Source: Octopus vulgaris
Lineage: Eukaryota
Reading direction: 5' to 3'
Assembly (NCBI GenBank): GCA_951406725.2
Contig: OX597815.1
Location: forward strand, 158,534,001 to 158,598,000
Length of the DNA: 64,000 nt
The notes under the pieces were generated by a model. The model did no database searches and was not told where the DNA came from. It saw nothing but the letters and a program-made list of their open reading frames with translations. Position 1 is the first letter of the stretch, and every line of letters starts with the position of its first letter. A program made the position numbers and the translations under genes. Shown here one piece after another: positions 39,844 to 53,193 of this stretch.

Positions 39844-40067
39844 TATGTATGTGTGTATATGTTTCTCCCCCACCCCAGCTTGATAACCGGTGTTAGTGTG
39901 CTTTCGTCCCCGCAATTTAGCGGTTCGGCAAAAAGAATGTACCAGGTTAAAAAAAAAATTACTAGTGTCGATACATTCCATTTAAAAATTCATCAAAGCG
40001 GTGCCCCAGCATGGCCGCAGTCTAATGTCTGAAATAAGTAAAAGATGAAAGGTAAATAGGTATTTTT

Positions 40068-40460
40068 TATCTTTTACTTGCTTTGGTCATTTGACTTCGG
40101 CCATGCTGGGGCACCGCCTTGAAGTTTTTGTTTTTTTAGTCGAAGGACTCGATTGTTGTACTTATTATTTTAAGCTTGGAAGTTATTCTATCGGTTTCTT
40201 TTGCCAAACCGTTAAGTTACGGGGACGGAAACACACCAGCATCTGTTGTGAGGCTGAGGTGGGGGACAAACACAGACACAAAGACACATACACACACACA
40301 TACGACGGGCTTCTTTCAGTTTCCATCTACTAAATCCACTCACAACACTTTAGTCGGCTCGAGGCTATAGTAGAAGGCACTTGCCCAAGGTGCCATGCAG
40401 TAGGACTGAACCCGGAAGCATGTGGTTGGGAAGCAAGCTTCTTACCACACAGCCACGCCT
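40068..40460 (-). mobile_element. SINE family A, full length
   Basis: Collinear with the other copies. Confidence 0.88.
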
Positions 40461-40794
40461 GTTACTCTACGCTGAGTATCGTTATTACAGGATCAAACGT
40501 TTGATCTGCTGGAAATAGCGGCCACAACTTGCTCAAACCATATAGTACCAACATAAAAAGGTAGGATACATGAGTAAATATTGTCTTCGAAAGTTTGTAA
40601 AGTGAATTGCCCATTCGCTGCAGATCTGCTCAATTCAGGTTGACCCAGGGTTAAACAACGACAGCAACACCCACAACAGCAGCATCTAATTCATAAAACT
40701 GGAAAAAACAGCAGTACCACCACCACCACTACTACCAAAAGTTGCGTCTGTTGTATAGTTGTAAACGTCATAGCAGTAGAAGCATCCATTTTTG

Positions 40795-40927
40795 AAGTAG
40801 TAGTAGTAGTAGTTGTAATAGTAATAGTAGTAGCAGTGCTGGTAGTGGTGGTGGTATTAGCAACAATTTTTAGTCGTGGTGGTAGTGATGGGGTCGTGGT
40901 GGTGGTCATCGTCGTAGCAGCAATTTT

Positions 40928-40971
<44 letters not shown>

Positions 40972-41028
40972 AAAGTGGTAGTAGTAGTAATAGTAGTATT
41001 GGTAGTGGCGTCGTCGTCGTTGGTGCTG

Positions 41029-41066
<38 letters not shown>

Positions 41067-41168
41067 TATTGTTGTTGTAGTAGTAGTAGCAGCAGCAACG
41101 ACGGCAGCAGTAGTGAAGATAGAAACGATGCGGTGGTTGCGGTGGTGGTTCTCGCCATCGTGGTAGTA
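40795..41168. repeat. degenerate (TAG)/(TGG) trinucleotide tract
   Basis: Directly visible; it explains the poly-S/T/V ORFs. Confidence 0.9.
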
Positions 41169-41568
41169 TGATACGATGTTGTTTATTTGAAGGCTTGGAT
41201 ACGGTTCTGTGTTATTACAAAACATTTATGAATGCGCATATTGTTGCGAGTTTATAAGAATAGATATCTGTATACGCGCATTAGATATCCATAAGCACTT
41301 AGGCATGTGCGCAGAAGCACACACACACACGCGCATCCAGACAACATGCATATGTATTCTTAGATGTTATACCTATGCGTATATAAGTGCATGTATGTGT
41401 GCGTGCGTGAGTGTTTGTATGTGTGTGTGTATGTGTGTGCGTGTGTGTATGTGTGTATACATACATATATGCCTGCATGTACGTACTTACATTTACATAC
41501 AAACATATAAACTCCACATGCATACATTTGCGACTATATACACAGACTAATTTTATATAAATATTCAA

Positions 41569-41602
<34 letters not shown>

Positions 41603-41659
41603 GTGCGTGTGTGTATGCATGTATATGTGCATGTATGCATATATCTATATATATATGTA

Positions 41660-42065
41660 TACTCTTTTACTTGTTTCAGTCATTTGACTGCGGCCATGCT
41701 GGAGCACAACCTTTAATCGAGCAACTCGACCCCGGGACTTATTCTTTTTGTAAGCCCAGTACTTATTCTATCGGTGTCTTTTGCCGAACCGCTAGGTAAC
41801 GGGGACATAAACACACCAGCATCGGTTGTCAAGCAATGCTAGGGGGACAAACACAGACACACAAACAAACACACATACACATATATATATATACATATAT
41901 ACGACAGGCTTCTTTCAGTTTCCGTCTACCAAATCCACTCACAAGGCATTGGTCGGCCCGGGGCTATAGCAGAAGACACTTGCCCAAGATGCCACGCAGT
42001 GGGACTGAACCTGGAACCATGTGGTTGGTTAGCAAGCTACTTACCACACAGCTACTCCTGCGCCT
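41660..42065 (-). mobile_element. SINE family A, full length, well preserved
   Basis: The minus strand reads AGGCGCAGGAGTAGCTGTGTGGTAAG, then GGTTCAGTCCC, CTTGGGCAAGTGTCTT, an internal (TA/TG)n, and TGACTGAAACAAGTAAAAGAGT. Confidence 0.92.
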
Positions 42066-42068
42066 ATA

Positions 42069-42121
<53 letters not shown>

Positions 42122-42673
42122 TAAACAGAGACACACTCACATTCATACATTTATACGTAGATTTTATATATTACACACACACACACACACATGCACGCAG
42201 ACAGAGAGGCGCGCGCTCCTTTATACATATGGATGCATGCAACTGTTTAAAATATCCTAAAGTATATTTCCATTTATGTCTATAAAGGAACCAACCAGAA
42301 AAAGAAGTAAGGAAATAGACATGTTTGACAGGGGCAGGCACAGGAGTAGCGGACAAATAAAAAAAAACAGTAAACATATTAATAAAAATAGTAAAAAACA
42401 TCGCTGTGTGTGAGGAAAGTTTTATGGAGTTGGGTAGAGGTTTTTCAGTAAAGAAAGCACAAATAGAGCGAAGTTAAATAAAGCCCGTTGTTGCCAGACG
42501 GAAAAAAAAATTGGCTAAGCAATGAGATGTGTTGGTGGGTAAGCGTTGATGATAGTAAAATGGCTGATGATAGAACACGTATTAGGGAGAGTTAGGGAGA
42601 ACAAGATTCATTAAGGAAGGGATTAGAAAAACACGTTCTTTATACGGATTTATTTCAACTGTAACACTTTATA

Positions 42674-42746
<73 letters not shown>

Positions 42747-42776
42747 ATATGTATGTATGTATAAATAACACATATA

Positions 42777-42825
<49 letters not shown>

Positions 42826-43192
42826 CATGTATAAATAACATATATACGATATATATATATATATCACACATATATAGATATATTATGTATGTATTCACTT
42901 TCACTTTGTTTTATTTCGTAATGTCTGTCGAGATTAGCAAATTCAGATAAAGTTATAAATCCCAGTTCCTGCTTGTTTATTCATTTAATTATTTAATTAT
43001 TTATTTATTTATTTGCTTATTCATTTAATTATTTGGTTATTTATCAATTCATTTATTGAAATCTCTTGTAATAGTTGTAGCAGAAGAAGCCAGAGAAACG
43101 AAAATCTTTTTGAGAAGAAAGACGGAATGCAATGTAGGAAAGATTATAATTATTTGCATTTTTTTTTTAGATTTATAATTAATTATTTGCTG

Positions 43193-43194
<2 letters not shown>

Positions 43195-43277
<83 letters not shown>

Positions 43278-43299
43278 TCATTATTACTATTATTATTAC

Positions 43300-43364
<65 letters not shown>

Positions 43365-43366
43365 CC

Positions 43367-43422
<56 letters not shown>

Positions 43423-43460
43423 CATCATTATTATTACTATTATTATTATTATTATTATTA

Positions 43461-43493
<33 letters not shown>

Positions 43494-43500
43494 TTATTAT
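43195..43500. repeat. (ATT)n/(ATC)n/(ACC)n/(GTT)n compound microsatellite
   Basis: Directly visible. Confidence 0.95.
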
Positions 43501-43658
43501 TTTACTTATCTAGATTCTTTCTTGCAGTCATTTACAAGAATGTTATTTTTAATTTGATGACGTGGATATTTGTATCTTTAATATATATATAAATGGATGT
43601 AATAGATAAATTCCTGCGCGCAGGCGCACAAACCACGCATATGCATGCATACACACAC

Positions 43659-43730
<72 letters not shown>

Positions 43731-44378
43731 GACACACATATGGGGACGTTTCAATTTACAACGGGAGAAACGGTGAAATATACCCATTATATATATTAAA
43801 GTTTATTAATTTCTTCGAAGCTGAGAATTTATATGTCTTCGAAAAGAAACTCAGACAATCAGCACGAGAAAATAAAACCTCAGGATCGATGAATGTGTGT
43901 GTGTATGTGTGTATGTGTGTATGTGTGCGTGTGTGCGTGCGTGTGTGTGCGCGTGTGAATGTGTGTATGTGTGTGTATGAACATAACTATATGTGTGCGT
44001 ATTTATGTAAGCGTGTATGTATGTATATGTATAAGAGATTTCCTATATATATATACTGGACACCTTAAGCAAGAGATTCGACGCTTTAGTCATCTCTAGA
44101 GACGCGAAGGGGAACGATCCGAGCAGACTGAAAAGACCTAATTCAAAGACTTGACTTTCTTGACCCTAAAAAACGTACGCACGCACAACTAGCCGCCTTC
44201 GGGTCAATAACGGCAGCAGCAGCAGCAGCAACAGAAGAGAATGTGTAGGCGGAGGGAGGGTCAATGTAACAAATATTGGTACCACTAAGGACAATGCCAA
44301 TAATGGTAACAACAACTATATAAAGATAAAGGGCAAGGATACAGACAATATAGTAAGCAAACCCCCACACACACATAT

Positions 44379-44460
<82 letters not shown>

Positions 44461-44840
44461 CCAAGAAAAAAGCAACAAGAATGGATTAGTAGTTTAGTAC
44501 AATTGTTTCATACTAAGAACATTTTATTTAAAGCTGCAAATATTGCAGCAAATATAATGTTAAGTATTCATCAGCTAAATCACATATATGTTTTCCAAAC
44601 ATCCTGGAGAGTGTAACTATCCTTATGAAGTATTAGGAGTGAGTTCTATGAATTTGAAGTCAGATTATAGGCAGACTTAAAATGTTTCTAATAATGCACA
44701 GTTTTTTAAAAAAAAGTTTTAAAAATGATTGTTAACTTCCCAGAGAAGGTAAATCCATCCATAAAGATGCAGATATAATATCCAGGAGCCATGAGGAAAG
44801 CTGTTGACCGGTTCAGTTCCCATCTAAACTGTTGCAGACA

Positions 44841-44889
<49 letters not shown>

Positions 44890-45204
44890 TTTATATATAT
44901 TTATATAATACATGGCATACATACCTACAGACTCACACACATATATATATGTATAAAAACTCCTACATGAATAAAAATAGAGAGTAGATCTGAAGAATTG
45001 AAAAGTCCAAAAAGAACGTTTTGTCAAATGAATACGTCTACTATATCTTCGGGCCTACCAAAGCCTCGTGAGAGTATTTGGTAGACAGAAACTTAAATAG
45101 TCTGCCGTGTATACATACATACATACATACATACATACATACATACATACATACATGCATGCATGCATGCATACATGCATACATACATACATACATACAT
45201 ACAT

Positions 45205-45240
<36 letters not shown>

Positions 45241-45243
<3 letters not shown>

Positions 45244-45599
45244 TAAGGAAAAAAATTTTTTTTAAATGCAGAATGCTCAAATGAAAGAAAATTTTAATAA
45301 AATGAGAAATTGATCAAATATATAAATATATATTTATTCAACCGGTTTTCGTCATTGTATGACTTGTCAAGAATATTTATGTTTTAAAAAGTTTTTTTTA
45401 GAAATTAGAAAGGGGAAAAAAAGAAAATTGCATTGTTTTTTGCAAAAGAATAATGATAAAAATGTATATATTTATATATTTTATCAATTTCTCATTTTAT
45501 AAAAATTTTCTTTCATTTGAGCATTCTGCATTTTTAAAAAATTTTTTCCTTACTTATCATTTCTCCACGTGCAGTCAACACAACCCCACCATTTATTGA

Positions 45600-45602
<3 letters not shown>
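45241..45602. mobile_element. inverted PLE-like module pair with degenerate hammerhead (45335-45375, -)
   Basis: Arms 45241-45333 and about 45465-45555 are reverse complements. The minus strand reads TATTC-TTGACAA-GTCAT-ACA-ATGAC-GAAA-ACCGGTT-GAATA. (TA)n lies on both sides, and another copy lies at 60260-60350. Confidence 0.7.
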
Positions 45603-45641
<39 letters not shown>

Positions 45642-45644
<3 letters not shown>

Positions 45645-45861
45645 TTTTATTTGATTTAGTCATTTGACTGCGGCCATGCCGAAGCATCGCTTTTAGTCGA
45701 GCACATCGACACCACGACTTATTCTTTGTAGGCCTAGTACTTATTCCATCGGTCTCCTTTGCCGAACCGCTAAGCTACGGGGACGTAAACGTACCACCAT
45801 CGGTTGTCAGGCGATGTTGTGGGAATAAACACAGACACACAAACATATACACGCAGACATG

Positions 45862-45913
<52 letters not shown>

Positions 45914-46082
45914 CATACGACGGGCTTCTTTCAGTTTCCGTCTAACAAATCCACTCACAAGGCTTTGGTCGGCCCAAGGCTATAGGTAGAAGACATTTGC
46001 CCAAGGTGCCACGCTATGGACCTGAACCCAGAACCATGTAGCTGGTAAGCAAGCTACTTACCACACAGCCACTCCTGCGCCT
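45642..46082 (-). mobile_element. SINE family A, full length
   Basis: Collinear with the other copies. Confidence 0.9.
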
Positions 46083-46109
46083 ATATATATGCATTTGTGC
46101 GTCTATGTT

Positions 46110-46295
46110 TATCAACCCACCATCGCATGACAACCGATGTTGGTGTGTTTATATTCCCGTAACTTAGCGGTTCGACGAAAGATAACGATGCAATAAGTAC
46201 TAGGCTTACAAAGAATAAGTCCTGGGATCGATTCGTTCGACTACAAGTGGTGCTCCAGCATGACCGCAGTCAAATGACTGAAACATGTAAAAGAA
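46110..46295 (+). mobile_element. SINE family A, 3' half
   Basis: AAGTACTAGGCTTACAAAGAATAAGTCC...GGTGCTCCAGCATGACCGCAGTCAAATGACTGAAAC. Confidence 0.85.
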
Positions 46296-46645
46296 TATAT
46301 GTGCGTGTGTGCGTATGTGTGTATGTGTGCGTGCGTGCGTGTGTGTGTGTGTGTGTGTTGTTAGATATTGTGTAATAAGTAGTAATATTGATTGCCACAG
46401 CATTTTCGCAACTAATCCTCTGTGCTCTCAGTAATTTCTTCTGCGCACATTAATTTCTCTTGTGCACTGGCTGCAATACGTGTGCGTATACACGCACACA
46501 CGCAGGCAGTTTAAAGGGAACTGCATTTCTGACATCCATTAAATCTACTAGTAAAAATGGATGGATATCACTTGATATACTATAACAATCAAAGTGGTAA
46601 GCCTTACAAAGGAAACATGGAGGGTAGCTGATGTGTGTGTGTGTG

Positions 46646-46700
<55 letters not shown>

Positions 46701-46820
46701 CTAGAGAGAGAGTGATACATATATGAATACACACATACATATACAAATATACATACATATATGTATGTATATATGTGTATTATGATTATATATATATATG
46801 CATACATACGCATACATGCA

Positions 46821-46877
<57 letters not shown>

Positions 46878-47544
46878 ATATATATGTATTATGATCATAA
46901 TATGTATTATAATATTATATGTATTATAATTACACATGCACGCACATGCTGATGGGCAGCGTTGAAAATTTAAGGGTTTAGTCGATCAGATTGACCTACA
47001 AGATATCGGTTGGCACAGAGTTATTGTAGAAGACATCTTGGAACAATTGAATTTCTAAAAGGAGATATCTTACATGTTTGTCTTAACTCCAATTAGCAAA
47101 TGAAACCCCTGTAATGGTGAATAAACAATACCAAAAACAAAAGCAAAAAAAAAAAAAAAGAAAAATCTCTTACACTCTCCTGTTTTGATATGTAAATTAC
47201 TCAACAAATGCTATTTTCCAGTATTTTTCATGTCTCATGTATGCCTCACTCAATTATAACATCTACATACCATTTTCAAGTACTAGAAAATGTGGAAGTG
47301 ATTCATGAGGACACATCTTGGATTATAACCCTATCTACATACTATATATGTGCGTGCGTGTGTGTGTGTGTACACACACACACGCACACATACATACATA
47401 CGTACGTACGTGTGTGTGTTTATATATACATATAAGCTCCTATAATAGCACGTTTTTGTATCTTACTTCGCTGCAGTAAAGGAAACATATGGTTAAAATG
47501 TTACAGCACAATTTCCAAATAATAATAATAATAATAATAATAAT

Positions 47545-48000
47545 ACTCTCTACCGTAAGCACAAGGCCTGAAAATATGGGAGAGAGGATAGTCGATTGCA
47601 TCGACGCCAGTGCGTAACTGGTATTTATTTTATTGACCCTGAAAGGATGAAAGGCAAAGTCGACCTCGGCGGAATTTGGTCTCAGAATGTAAAGAGAGAG
47701 TTTTTTTACCGCTAAACATTTTGCCCAGCATGCTAACGTTACTGCCAGCTCGCCGCCTTAATAATTATAATTTCAAATAATAATAATGGCTTCGAATTCT
47801 TCCACAAGGGCAACAGTTTTGGAGGAGGGGATGAGTCGATTACATGAACCCCAGTGTTTAACTGGTACTTATTTTATCGACAGCGAAAGGATGAAAAGTA
47901 AAGTCGACTCCGGCGAAATTTGAACTCCGAATGTAGCGATGGGCGAAATACCACTATGCATTCCGTCCTGCGCGCTAACGATTGTGCCAGCTCGCCGCCT
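47545..48000 (-). mobile_element. two tandem SINE family C copies
   Basis: Copies at 47545-47760 and 47790-48000 each contain GAAAGGATGAAA.G.AAAGTCGAC and end at GCCAGCTCGCCGCCT. Confidence 0.85.
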
Positions 48001-48593
48001 TTTTAGTAGTTGTAGTAGTAGTAGTAGTGGTGGTGGTGGTGGTGGTGGTGGTAGTAATAATAATAGTAGTAGTAGTAGTAATAATAATAATAATGATTAT
48101 GATGATGATCATGATAGAAAAAATAAGCAAATGAAAACAAATAATAATAACTTCTAATATATTTATTTTAAAATTTGTGCACACTGGCACAAACTATGTT
48201 CCTTTATGAACGTCTGACATATTTTGTATATATCTTTCATGTTGAAGGTGTATTTTACATTTTATGCGCCTACCAGACATTCTGTGCGTGTTCTTTTCAT
48301 TTTATTTACGTGCCTCACATTCTATTTGCGTGCCTTAAAGTTTTCTGCCTGTTCTTATATTTCTTGAACATAAAATATATTCATTCGTAGAGAGCGTTAA
48401 CAAGTTAGCATTTTCCCTAATATGACGCATTTAATACAAGAGGACTTAAAAGGACTTTGCTGAGAGCAACGTATTGTATATATACTTTGGGAAAGGAAAC
48501 AATATTAATTAACAGGAGATGGATTCAGTATTAAATACTCTAATCGATTTATTTGTCCAAATTATTTATTATTATTATATTATATATTATACA

Positions 48594-48652
<59 letters not shown>

Positions 48653-48678
48653 TCCCGTAAATAATAATAATTTATAAT

Positions 48679-48757
48679 CACGGGTATATGGCGTAGTGGT
48701 TAAGAGCGCGGACTACTAACTCAAGATTCCGAGTTCAATTCCCAGCAGTGACCTGAA

Positions 48758-48789
<32 letters not shown>

Positions 48790-48997
48790 ATAATAATAAT
48801 AATAATAATAATAACAACAACAACATCGAAAAATAACTAAGGAATGAGAACCCAGGTTCTAAATTTCCCCAAGACACCTGATGAAGGCTGGAGGGTATAT
48901 CAGCCGAAACGTTGTGTTAACAACAAACAAGAAGAGGACAAATATCCATTGAATGTAAATAATGTACATAATTGCTCATCTCTTAAATATAGAACTG
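48679..48997 (+). mobile_element. tRNA-headed, hammerhead-containing short element (putative PLE-linked SINE)
   Basis: A box TGGCGTAGTGG (48689-48699), B box GAGTTCAATTCC (48731-48742), a (TAC)n(TAA)n spacer, and a hammerhead at 48873-48918. Homologous to 1237-1430. Confidence 0.8.
48873..48918 (+). ncRNA. minimal type-I hammerhead ribozyme, apparently intact
   Basis: GACAC-CTGATGA-A-GGCTG-GAGGGTATAT-CAGCC-GAAAC-GTT-GTGTT. Stem I is GACAC/GUGUU, stem II is 5 bp, stem III is the palindrome AACGUU, and predicted cleavage is after 48913. Confidence 0.85.
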
Positions 48998-49075
48998 GAA
49001 TAATAATAGTATTTTTATATAAGCTTAAAGCTTATAAACTCGGCGCCGTATAAAGAACAAGTCGCACTGAACTAC

Positions 49076-49182
<107 letters not shown>

Positions 49183-49257
49183 CGGTGTGAATGGTTTTTT
49201 ATACGGCGTCGAGTTTATAAGCTTATAAAAAAATACTTTATTTATTAAAAAATGCTG

Positions 49258-50398
49258 TGAGGATAAAAATAAACTTTCTTTTCTATAATGTTATCCAATA
49301 AAGCCGCCTTCATCTTCAACAACTTCTGTATGAGATCTTAATCATCTACATGCTCGAATCAATTAGTTCCGATTCATTTTGGACATTACTCTGACTATGG
49401 TAGCTTTGAAAGAATCTTTGGTGTTATGGGCGACTTCATTGACTTCTTTCTCAACAACGCTCCACATGTAATAGTCCAATGGATTGAGATCTAGGGAATT
49501 AGGAGGCCAAATTTTATGTGATCATGAAAATTTTCAGCCATCCATTCCTGTGTTACTAGAGCCATGTGTGATAGTTCAGAGTCTTATTGAAACACATATG
49601 ACCTTCCATTGCATACACGGTCTATTCAGGGCTTAACAATTACTTACAGGACCTCAATGTAGGCGGCAGAGTTAACTCTAAGGTCTTGTGGAAAGAAGTA
49701 AAGAGGCATCACATGTCCTTCATTGCTTACAACCCCTAAAACCATAACAGTTGCAGGAAATTTTGTATGCATAACACTTGAAACTTCAGAAGGGTCTGCA
49801 CATAATCATCTCTCATTTCTCCTGCTAACTTTTTGATCTTGGTCGACGTTCTTCTCGTTTGAGAAAAACCAAATTAAATCTTCTGCTGGATTTTTCAGTT
49901 TGTTGAAGAGCCTTTTAGATCTTATGTAGTGATTTTCTTTTACTTTTTCTGAGAAATTTACCTTTCCTCATCATATAAGACATCTGATGTCTTCGCGGAC
50001 AACATTTCTGACTGTTTCTTCTAACACATGGAGACCTCATGAACTTTCTGGTATTGTAATCAATGGTCTGTTGAAGTTGCTGGATAAATTCAGGTGTTCT
50101 GACGCTTTCAGAGCGTTTAGAATGCTTTTTATGCTTTGATACTGGTGATACGTTTCCATCTTCAGTCTCTAACTCCTTACAAACTTTGTAGACGAAAGAT
50201 CTGGCAACTTTTAAAAGTCGAGATATTTCTAAATCGCTATGGTCAGCCTTTATAACCACAATATCAGCATGCCTCTTCATTTCTTGAGTAAGCTGAGTAT
50301 CTGCCATTATTATTTGTGAAGCAAAAATTATACAGAGTTAGCAAAAAATGCAGCAATGACCCCAAAAATGTATGTCCTCAAATATCTAACGCACCCTG
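49258..50398 (-). mobile_element. decayed maT-like Tc1/mariner transposon
   Basis: TIR TA|CAGGGTGCGTTAGATATTTGAGGACA. The transposase remnant reads MADTQLTQEMKRHA...; KFPATVMVLGVVSNEGHVMPLYFFPQDLRVNSAAY; WPPNSLDLNPLDYYMWSVVE. The 3' TIR is truncated. Confidence 0.88.
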
Positions 50399-51572
50399 TA
50401 CACACACACATATATAAGAGTTTTGGAAACTTCGAGCTAACGCGAAATATTTATTTTTTGTAGAGGAGAATGTCAAAGCAGACAAAGCTATAAATAAGAG
50501 CTTTTATCTGTTAATATTAGATTAAAAACCCTTTGGAAAAAAAGAGGTCGAAGGTTGCTTGTGAGACACGAAACTGACATCTCCTGTAAACATGAGAGAT
50601 GCCCAACTATTTGACCAAGGCAATCCTTCGAAGTTCTGCATCCATTTAGGAAAATTTATTCTTACCGGCTAGAGTTGTATGTTGATGGCGTCATAAGAGT
50701 TTATGAACATTGAGAGAAGTGAAATAATTGATTTTTGGTACAGTGAAACTCGAATTAGATAAAGCTATAAATGACAGCGTGTAAATATTGGGTTAAACAA
50801 CACTTTGGATAGAAGAAGCTGAAGGGTTGCCTGTATATAAAAGACAAGGTGGTCGCAGCTGGAATGCCTTTGATAATAGGTTTACTCAATCAGAGTGAAT
50901 CTGGATTTAACAACAGCAGTTGACGTTTTATATGAGCTTATGGGTTCCGGTTTCAGAGGATCTCTTGTAAGATTCTTTGGCTTTCATGCTTTTCTTAACA
51001 ACCCGAATTTAAGCGTGTGAAGAAAATAGCTGTAATAAAGACATACGGTTTCGTCCCTAGATAATGTTTCTTTTCTTTTCCTTTCTGCTAACTTCAGAAT
51101 GAACAAGAAAAGCCGTATACCTATTGCAATCGAAATAAAAATATCTATTTCCTGTCTTACTCTTTTTAAGTTAATCAGATTCCTAACTAATTCCAGTACG
51201 TTGCAATCGCTTTAGACACATGTGTGATCGGTTGGGATGAGCTGTCATTCTATGACAGAATACAAACAAACGGCCATTGAAGTCTCCTCCGATCAAACAC
51301 CATCAAAAAGCGTAAATCCATGGGACCTAGTTTCTTCTCATGTGATATTCTTCAGTTGACAAGCAGACTATGCCTCAGTCTGACTTCCTGTCACTTTTTT
51401 CTTGTTTTCGATAATCTTTGTCTTTACACGCATAATTGTGTCACACATTAAATGTATATTTATGGACATACATACATGACATACGAATATATGTGTGCGT
51501 GGATGCATGTGTGGGACATACACATACATGCAAACATACATACATACATACATACATACATACATACATACA

Positions 51573-51608
<36 letters not shown>

Positions 51609-52241
51609 TACATAGCTACTAAGAGAAAGAATATATAACACACATATATATACATAGGCACACACACATATATATACATAGACACACGCATACATATACA
51701 CATACTTGTATAATGTATGTATGTATTTGAATGATTTTTCTCACTCGAACAAAATCCCAGAAGACAACGTAGTTTCCAAGAGGATTTGAACTCATACAGT
51801 TGAGGAACACAACAAAAATATCTAACGTAATTAGTATCGTAGTCAACCATTAAATTCCATCATTCGATCTTTACCATAGGCTTATAAATCTACGCGTTCA
51901 CGTACGCATTTCGTATAGTTTATTTCCTATTGTTTTATCTGCTTGTTTACATATAATGTATTCGGGTGTCTATTTTCTTACCACTGCTTTTGTAGAGTTG
52001 CAGCACATTCTCGGTAAGTCATGTGTAAAAAGACTCTATATTTAATAATATAACTACGCGATGGTAGATACTTTTAGCAACTGAGAAGTCAAGGAAGAAC
52101 TGCATTCCTTTTATCTGTGTGCGGTAAGTTCCTACAACCCAGAAGCTTCTCCTTGCACAACTTTTTACAATGCCAGTCATGTAAAGAATAATGTTAAAAA
52201 AAGATAGCAGTGTAACGATAAGGTATTTGCTTTGAATTGTG

Positions 52242-52450
52242 GCGGAGTAGCGTGGTTTTGTGGTTAGTGTTGAACTCATCATCGTAAGATTGTGGTATCG
52301 ATTTTTGGAACGTGCGATGCGTTGTGTTCTTCAGTAAAACACTTCAGTTCTCGTCGCTCCAGTTCACTCAGCGGGCAAAAATGAGTATTTCTCCTACGGA
52401 CCGACGTCCCGTTCAGCGGGGAATATACAACGTCACAGAAACTCAGGAAG
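52242..52450 (+). mobile_element. SINE family B, degenerate
   Basis: Collinear with the reverse complement of 620-809. Confidence 0.75.
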
Positions 52451-53193
52451 AATACTTATCCCATTTTGTTTTATTGTACCAATGAAACGATTTTGTTGAG
52501 TTAATCTGATATCGTTTAAGCAAGTACACAAATTCCATTTGAAATTTTAGATACAAAATTATTTATTTTATCGCTAAAAATAAACGATGTATTGTTGTCA
52601 CGTCCAACGACAGAAAAATGCTTACACCAAGTTACAAGAATTCACCAACTTGAGATGATTTTGCAGGTCTAGATAGTTACAGTAGCCTTCATTGGATGAT
52701 TCTAGTTGCTAGGTGATTTTAGCTGTGCCATCCTCTTAACTGCTATAGCCATATTCGCAGTTGACTGAACTAAAGAGTGCGCCACTACTCTCATACAGAC
52801 AATACTGCTTAGTAGAAAAACAGATCTATATAAAGCTATTCTTTCAAAATGAAAAGGGCACCAAAAGGTGGAACTGTATTACACGAGATGGGAGTAGTCA
52901 GTGATTGCTGATGTTAGCAATAACTGTGTGAGTTGCGTTTGTGATGTTGTGCTGCTTTTGCATAGTGATCTGGGTTCGATTTCTCTGCAGTGAGTTCATG
53001 TTTAGGGCTACCAAATACTCCTTTCACTGCAGTTTTGGTGGTGGTAACTATGAAATGTTGAATGTGACTGCATTTAGATAAACATTATTGCGCTAGCTCT
53101 GTTGCTGTTTCAAATAAAAATAGTCTCGGAGAAATCCCTCTAAGCTACATGAGTGCTGTGTGCGTATTTAATAATGAAACGAAAAAATAGATA

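Noticed and set aside
48682-48753. Possible functional tRNA gene
   Set aside because: A and B boxes are present, but the acceptor and anticodon stems do not pair. It is treated as a tRNA-derived head.
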